Assembly (NCBI GenBank): GCA_051362555.1
Contig: CM120640.1
Span: 42,820,788-42,884,787, forward strand
Source of the DNA: Lingula anatina
Lineage: Eukaryota; Animalia; Brachiopoda
Reading direction: 5' to 3'
DNA: 64,000 nt
Below the pieces are notes generated by a model, which had not been told where the DNA came from, searched no databases, and saw only the letters and a list, made by a program, of their open reading frames with translations. Shown piece by piece: positions 57,464-64,000 of the stretch (positions are counted from its first letter, which is position 1; the number at the start of each line of letters is the position of its first letter). The position numbers and the translations under genes were made by a program.

Positions 57464-58349
57464 AACAAATATTAAGCAAATGTTTAGGAAAAAGTTATTT
57501 AATTTTGTTGTCTATTACAGCATGTATCCAAAAATTAATGGAGAAAAAATTTTAAATATTAAGACATTCTTCAGTGAAACCGGGCCCTGGGTTCTGTTTC
57601 ACAATAACTTTGTTTGCTTCCAACTATGAGTCACAGTAATAGCTTCAGAGTCTTATGAAGACAATCTTTTTAAATTTCAAAACACTACTTAGTCTTGTCA
57701 GACAGACTTTAAACCTTCACTGGACCCAACAATTTCATTTATCAAATGCCTGCCAGCCAAAGCACTCACAATCCCATTAATGTGAATGTGATATCTACTG
57801 GAAGACGGTGCATAACATGAAACAAAAAGTCGAAGCATGCATCCCAAACACGTTCTACTAAAGCTTTACTTTAATTAGACAGAAGAACATCTACACAGTG
57901 TAGACAAGGCCATTTCAATACTTTTCACACCTCTATGTAGCATGAAATTCAGACCACAGTAGAATGTGCATATGTTACTGGAACATGATGTACGAGTGAA
58001 ATACAGACAATGGTGTAAGTCCGAGGTTTGAAGCAGGGTTCTTCTCCTACCTGTTGACATGATCTGCACAAATATGAAGCACTAAGCATGCAATGGGTTT
58101 TTGTTAGCCAAATTTTTGTTGGAAACAAACACCAATTTAAGCAAATGATGAACATCTATACGTTCCTGAAACTGGACTCTTGTTGATTCAATGCCAGTAT
58201 ACTGTAAAAACAGTTAACATGCTCTTCTATTTGTCTTGGTATTGATGTCCAGATAAGATGCTCAACTTGATGTTGCAAAAAAATGCTAACAGACCAAGAA
58301 ACTCATTTCACATTGCATGATTTACAAAGTAGTTTACAACATATAATTA

Positions 58350-61300
58350 TCACACAGCCATCTGCATATCAGCGTAGTTATAGAAATTTTCCACCTGCTC
58401 CGCTGCTAATTCTGGACTTTGAGTGACAAATACCATTTCTGAAGAACCTTGGGAGATACTAGCCACTATTTCTTTACAGCGTTTCACACAATCCTCCCCA
58501 TTGTATTCCAATCCTATCACAGGTCCTGTAAAGCAAAGGGAAGAATGGAATGATCAGAATTATATGTGCGTGTATGGGTGCAATTGCATGAGCATGTGCA
58601 CCAGTGAGAGAGAGAGAGAGAGAATGAGAAAGAGCTTACCTTGCTGCACTACTGTATTATATGCCTCTGAACCAAATACTCGCACTGCCTCTGCTGCCTG
58701 CATATTGACCTCCTTGGTCTGAATAAGGACACACCCAGGCTGAATTAACAAAAGGAAAAAAGACATTTTCATTTGTAAGATCAATCACAGCTATCACGTG
58801 CAGATATAAGTAAGTCACCTTGAAACCTGCTGTTAGCGATAAAACTGAAACTACACTAAAATATTTACATCGTCTTCGACTGTGATTCCACTTAAAACGT
58901 AGCCATAAAAACATATCATACCTGCTTTGTTCTCATTTCATTTATGAACTGTTTTGCTCTGCTGACTGAATTCCCATCATTAAAGAACACAGCCAAGCAA
59001 GACTAACAAAGAGAAAAGAACTAATTAAATAAAAATCCCTGGTTTTCAATGTATAGTGATGTCACTTTCGTACATTTCAAATCATGAGTGACCCAGTGTA
59101 TAAATGAGTGACCCAGTATAAAACATAAACTATAACATTAAGCATTAAAAGTTTTATTTAATTAAAAATATTGGTCATCAAACATCATTTTGGATATAAA
59201 AACACTTTACCTCAGTTGCTGGCTTGCGTCTACTTCCATGAGTTACAGGGACAACACTATTTCCTGGGTTTGTATCGATTTTCATACACGAAAATTGTTC
59301 TGTTGTTGGTATGGGTAAAAACTCTTCAATTTTCACATCCTACAAAATTTTGTAGACTTTCATTTTTTTACACAACATAATAACACATATCTTTAAATTT
59401 CAACTCTTCCGGGTGTGATAGTAAACACTATTATTACATTTCACAATGATCTTGACCTTCATGTCAAACTTACTAGAATAAGTATAGATAAGAAGCAAAT
59501 AATGAAATTGCTCTTAAGTTTAACTTGTCATTTAAACTTCAGATTTAATGTTGAAAATATCATGCATAAAACCTAGTCTTTACACAATAAAAAGTGAGGC
59601 AAATAAGACAAAAAACTGAACAATATCACACCATACACTAAACCCGCATTGAATAAGTACCTCTGGCAACAATGAGAAATTATTCTCTCCTGGCACTGGT
59701 GTGAAATCATGAACTGTGCTCCAGCTGTTGTTATATATACTCAGCCCTGCACTTTTTAACTGTTCTGAAATACAAAAATATCAAACAGCTAATAAAACTT
59801 TCTGGCTTAACTCTAGAATAATTGTGCGTGTCACCATAGGCAAGGTGTTATTAACATGCACACAACTAATCACAAGCCCCACAGAGAACCACATTCTTTA
59901 CTAAAAAAAAAAAAAAAAAATCATTTATATTCACCCAATTGTGATACCTCAAGTTAAAGATAATTCAATAGAGAACAGATTTTAAGTGATAATGGACAGT
60001 GTGGGATATGTCCACTTTATAAAGTGACTATGAGATAATTATTCCACATGTCAGGAGGTCATCCCCACTACGATGGTACATATCATTCGGTTCTAGTCCC
60101 ATATCTACCTTCAAGTTCCGGGTATGAATATTGGAAACATGCCATTTTCACCCCAGTGCTGGCCTCTATGATGGGCTGTGTGATACAGTGCAGGAACACA
60201 TCCAATTTTCTGCAGTCTCTGGTCCTAAACTGCTGGCAGGACACTGCAATCTGACAGTTTTCACAATCTCTGACGAAAACACTGAAAAATAATAATGATA
60301 CATGATAACACTGAAGCTTTTCAAAATGTAACAGTTACACTGTTCACATTTTATGTATTAGGGCCTGTCATATTTTCTTAATAAAGTATTTTCCTCTCTG
60401 CTGACATATCTTTCACTATATAAAAGTTCTGGTGTTTTCATTCATTTTAATTAAGTTAAAGTGAGTTAAAAGATTTAATATTTTTGTTTCTTAAGTTGTT
60501 TTGAGAAGACAAATTTATAAGGAGAAAAAGAAATGAGAAAAGAAAAAACGCTATTGAATAATCCTAAATTGCTTCAAAATCAACAGATGTTTATGTACTA
60601 GTAGGCACTTTCATTTACAATATATCGCCACAGTTGCCGTTTTTTTTTTTTTTTTTTTACTTGGGATACAGCCTTGAGAAAAAGAACAGCCAAAATTTGC
60701 ATACCTAGTCTTCACTGGTCCCATGAAGATTTTGCAGTTTTTACAGTCATCAACTTGTATTGTGGCAGAATGGTCAAAAATGTAAATATTACAGTTCTGA
60801 AATTAAATATGTACTAGTACAGTATCTCATACACTTTAATTGCCACCTGTCTACATATAGAATACACAGCTGAAACTAGAGAACACAGCTTAACATGTAA
60901 ATCTGAACTGATTTCAATGAACCCCACCTTTTTATTTTAAAAAGTGCAACCATCTGTTTATGACATGACTGAAAGTTAACATTTGCTACTTGCAAGGGTC
61001 ACTGTAGAAATGCATTTGTCTGAATCTGAAGCCAAAGAATTTTTTTCAAACAAAATGATAATTTGGCAAAAATGTATCCATTAATTTTTTTAACCATTAC
61101 ATACTCTTTTTTGTTTGCTTAAATATGAAATTAGTGTATAATAGTGTAATATAAATGCCCAGTAGGAAGGAACAGCAATATCACATTTAAATCATAATTA
61201 AAAAATGACTATGACTGTTCTATATAATGGTACTAGTACATGGAAATACATTTACCTCATTATCCCTGATAATAAACTGCTGGCCTTTAACTGTTCCTGG

Positions 61301-62186
61301 TATTCTGCCAACAGTTTCTCCTGACAGCTTTTCTATTGTATAATCTTTTGGGTCTAATTTTTCTCTTTTATCCCTATAAAACAGAAACCGAGACATTGTG
61401 TTTAAAAACATTTTTCACTGGTGTGCTAGACAACAAAAGATTCATGAGTAGTTAAGCATAAAGAGGCCTGTGTACAAGTACTGATTTCTATCACACATTT
61501 ACCCTACCAGCAGTTCAGATCATCTGTCCCTAAGACTGGATTCCCATACTTAGATCGATCCATCTGGATTGACCCAACTCCCTGGGGGTTCACGCTATAT
61601 TGCTATCAGCTCAAGAGGCTTAACTGTCTGTCACGCCTACCGAATCAGCTAGGGTAAAGATAATTACCCCCAAACAGCTTTACTAGGCGTGACAGACATT
61701 TAAGCCGGTAAAGATGATCGCAATTTAATGAGACTCCCCAGGGTGATAGATCTGTGGGAATGGTCTCTAAGAATACTTGAATAAGACCTATTCATTGTAG
61801 ATTACAGTTTAGGAATTCACCTCCTCTCCCTTTCTTAAACTGTACTAGCTCTCCAGTTAATTATTTCGTCTAGTGACTTAATTAAATTGATCTAGAAGGG
61901 TTCAGCTCTTCTGAGCCAACAAGTATTCACCGTTGAACACAAAACAAGGGAGATTAAAAACAGCACTGTAGCAGAGTGTAAATACTGGTATTCTGATTGT
62001 GGTAAAGACAGTTTTCTCTCTCTGTCATTCCCTTCTCTTTCTGAATCAACGGTGCACTATACTAAATCATGTACTCCTGAGTGAAATTCACTTAACCATG
62101 TCTCACCATGAATATTTCTTCGGTTCTTCTTCGGTTGCATTTGTTTGTGTTTCCTGGCGTTGTTCTCGAGAAAATAAACAACCCAT
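58350..62186 (-). CDS. RP2: Protein XRP2 (retinitis pigmentosa 2; ARL3 GTPase-activating protein, TBCC-like beta-helix plus NDK-like domain), 9 exons, 350 aa
   Basis: Exons 62186-62107, 61373-61256, 60796-60705, 60281-60109, 59764-59661, 59339-59211, 59002-58922, 58739-58640, 58525-58350 join in frame (1053 nt). MGCLFS dual-acylation N-terminus, [35 protein letters not shown] (arginine finger), [18 protein letters not shown]. Confidence 0.96.
61534..61767. mobile_element. Harbinger-like MITE relative (TAA TSD) in RP2 intron 1
   Basis: Shares AACTCCCTGGGGGTTCACGCTA, TAATTACCCC, TTAAGCCGG and TGAGACTCCCCA with the 16714 and 42532 copies; TAA...TAA flanks. Confidence 0.75.
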
Positions 62187-62255
62187 TTTAGGACTGCCGG
62201 CTTTTTCACTGCAGAGACGTCAAAATCAAAACTCTCACCTTTCTAATGACCTTGA

Positions 62256-62425
62256 TCACGTGACAAATATTGTTGTTTTATTTGGCTTTAAACCACAAAA
62301 GCTAGATTCAACTTACATCATGTGAAATTTCTACAGTTATATGAACCCATGTATACTAAGAAATCCAATAACAAAAGTTAGACTTGAAAATACTTTCAGT
62401 GAAAATATCTCAATCTCGCGAGATT
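62256..62425. promoter_or_regulatory. RP2 promoter region: E-box TCACGTGAC and palindrome AATCTCGCGAGATT
   Basis: TCACGTGAC at 62256-62264 and TCTCGCGAGA at 62414-62423, 70-240 bp upstream of the RP2 ATG. Confidence 0.55.
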
Positions 62426-63458
62426 CGTTCCAGCAGGTGGATCTGTCTAAACATTACAGCAACAGGAGAGGGGATTTCCAATGCGAGTTCAAACCTATTT
62501 ATAAGAGGAAACAGGTAAAATACGTTCATGTTAGCGTATAGACGTACCTTCACCATCCATATACCATAACGAATTTTGCTGGGGACAACATCCCATTCAA
62601 AGGGTAAGCAATGATTAGTACTACATATAAAAAGTAATACTAGCACCAGTAGCGCAACCCACTGGCAGTACTACTACTGTACATGTCTAGTAAACCGAGT
62701 AATTCTAGTACGCATATGATTGAATAGAGTTTATTGCTTCAACCTTTACATTGAAAGTACAATCAGCTGAAACTGAGACTAAATCTACAACATGTACAAA
62801 TAATACGTACTAGTACATGAGTAACACATGGGGTATATAAATGTTTAATAGAAAAAAAATGAGGAGAAAGAAAATGAAGTATTTTTAAAAATAGAACATT
62901 TTTCTGGGTGATATGTGCAAATATATGTAGTAAACCCAATGTTTTCATCTCCCTGGATCCTTTCAAAGTTGTAACACATGTAGCACTATGGTAATACTAC
63001 TTCTGAGTTGTACAACTGACTTCCCCTTTCCCAGTGGCACTGGGTAAACTATTTCGTCCAAAACAAGGCTGACATTCATTGCAAGACTAGAAGAAATTTT
63101 CGATGGAGATCTAGAATAGCACAACACGCTCTTGAATCAGTTTTATGAATCTCCAAATTTTAATCCAAGAATATTATTGACATGTTATGTTAGTTGTGAC
63201 ACCATACTGATACTCATCCCCTCAAAGCTATAGGAAACAAGATTAAAAACATTGGGTAACAAGTCATTGACCTGCAGAAGTAGTCCAGTTTCAGTCTATA
63301 AATAAGATAGCAAATACAGCCCAAATTTTTCAGGTTCAGTTAGAGTAGTATCAGTCATGGTTAACTTAGTTTGAAGCTTTTTGATAATTGCAAAGACCAA
63401 AATTAGGAACTATGCAGCTAGAAGACCAGTAATAATCAGTTTTTGATTTATGGGCTCC

Positions 63459-63549
63459 TTATTGAATAAAATTGGTCACTTTATTGTGTTTTATCCCTGT
63501 TTTGTCCAGGGTGCTTGAGGGCACATCTTCCACAAGCACATTGAGAAAC
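63459..63549 (-). CDS. Possible terminal coding exon of an unidentified upstream - strand gene running off the window
   Basis: Donor CAAG|GTGAGC at 63997, acceptor TATTTCAG| at 63550; one frame gives (R)FLNVLVEDVPSSTLDKTGIKHNKVTNFIQ*. No homology recognised. Confidence 0.3.
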
Positions 63550-64000
63550 CTGAAATATAATAGGGAAATTAAGAGCCTTTGTTGGAAAAAAAAAAGAATA
63601 AAAACTCTTGAGAAATAAATTTGCAGATATAAAACTTACAGATATTATTGAATCAATACAGCAATGTTCTATTGGTAGATGACTGACTGAAAAAATTAAA
63701 AATTCTGCAACTTTCTAGCGTCTGGCCATATGTCACAGGATGTGAATTAAGAAAGCAACCTGTCACACCTATTGGTCTGTATTCACATGCATCTCACATT
63801 ATTAAAATTTACATTTTGAATTTGATGTGAATACTGATATGATTATCACATGACAACAGAATTATATTTTTACCCTACCCCAGTAGCAACTTGACTTTTT
63901 TCCAAGAACTTTAACAAATACATTTTAACTGCCTTGATACACGTCATTAAAAACAGGCAATTAGTACTTCTTACAATAGCCATTAATGATGCTCACCTTG

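Noticed and set aside
58350-62186. Functional link between RP2 (ARL3 GAP) and the nested syntaxins by analogy with STX19 inside ARL13B (ARL3 GEF)
   Set aside because: The host gene here is OXCT1; proximity alone gives no support and is likely coincidence.

Overview
AT-rich, intron-rich animal (invertebrate-like) nuclear DNA with no prokaryotic features. Five complete protein-coding genes can be reconstructed by hand, with in-frame GT-AG junctions for the spliced ones: (1) a + strand two-coding-exon HGGG/GHSAG alpha/beta-hydrolase (5353-7022) carrying an unusual ~150-aa, ~4-helix hydrophobic insertion; (2) a 15-exon OXCT1/SCOT gene on the - strand (52930-8368, 528 aa) with a 32.3-kb intron 5 and a likely U12-type (minor spliceosome) intron 8; (3,4) two intronless, divergent syntaxin-1-like Qa-SNARE genes without a transmembrane anchor (24807-25676, 38152-39054), nested antisense in that giant intron; (5) a 9-exon RP2/XRP2 gene on the - strand (62186-58350, 350 aa). 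The rest is tandem duplications, microsatellites, several MITE families (TWA-, TTAA-, 2-bp and 5-bp TSDs), a tRNA-derived SINE and LINE relics. All calls come from manual reading and remembered family motifs; no database search was run.
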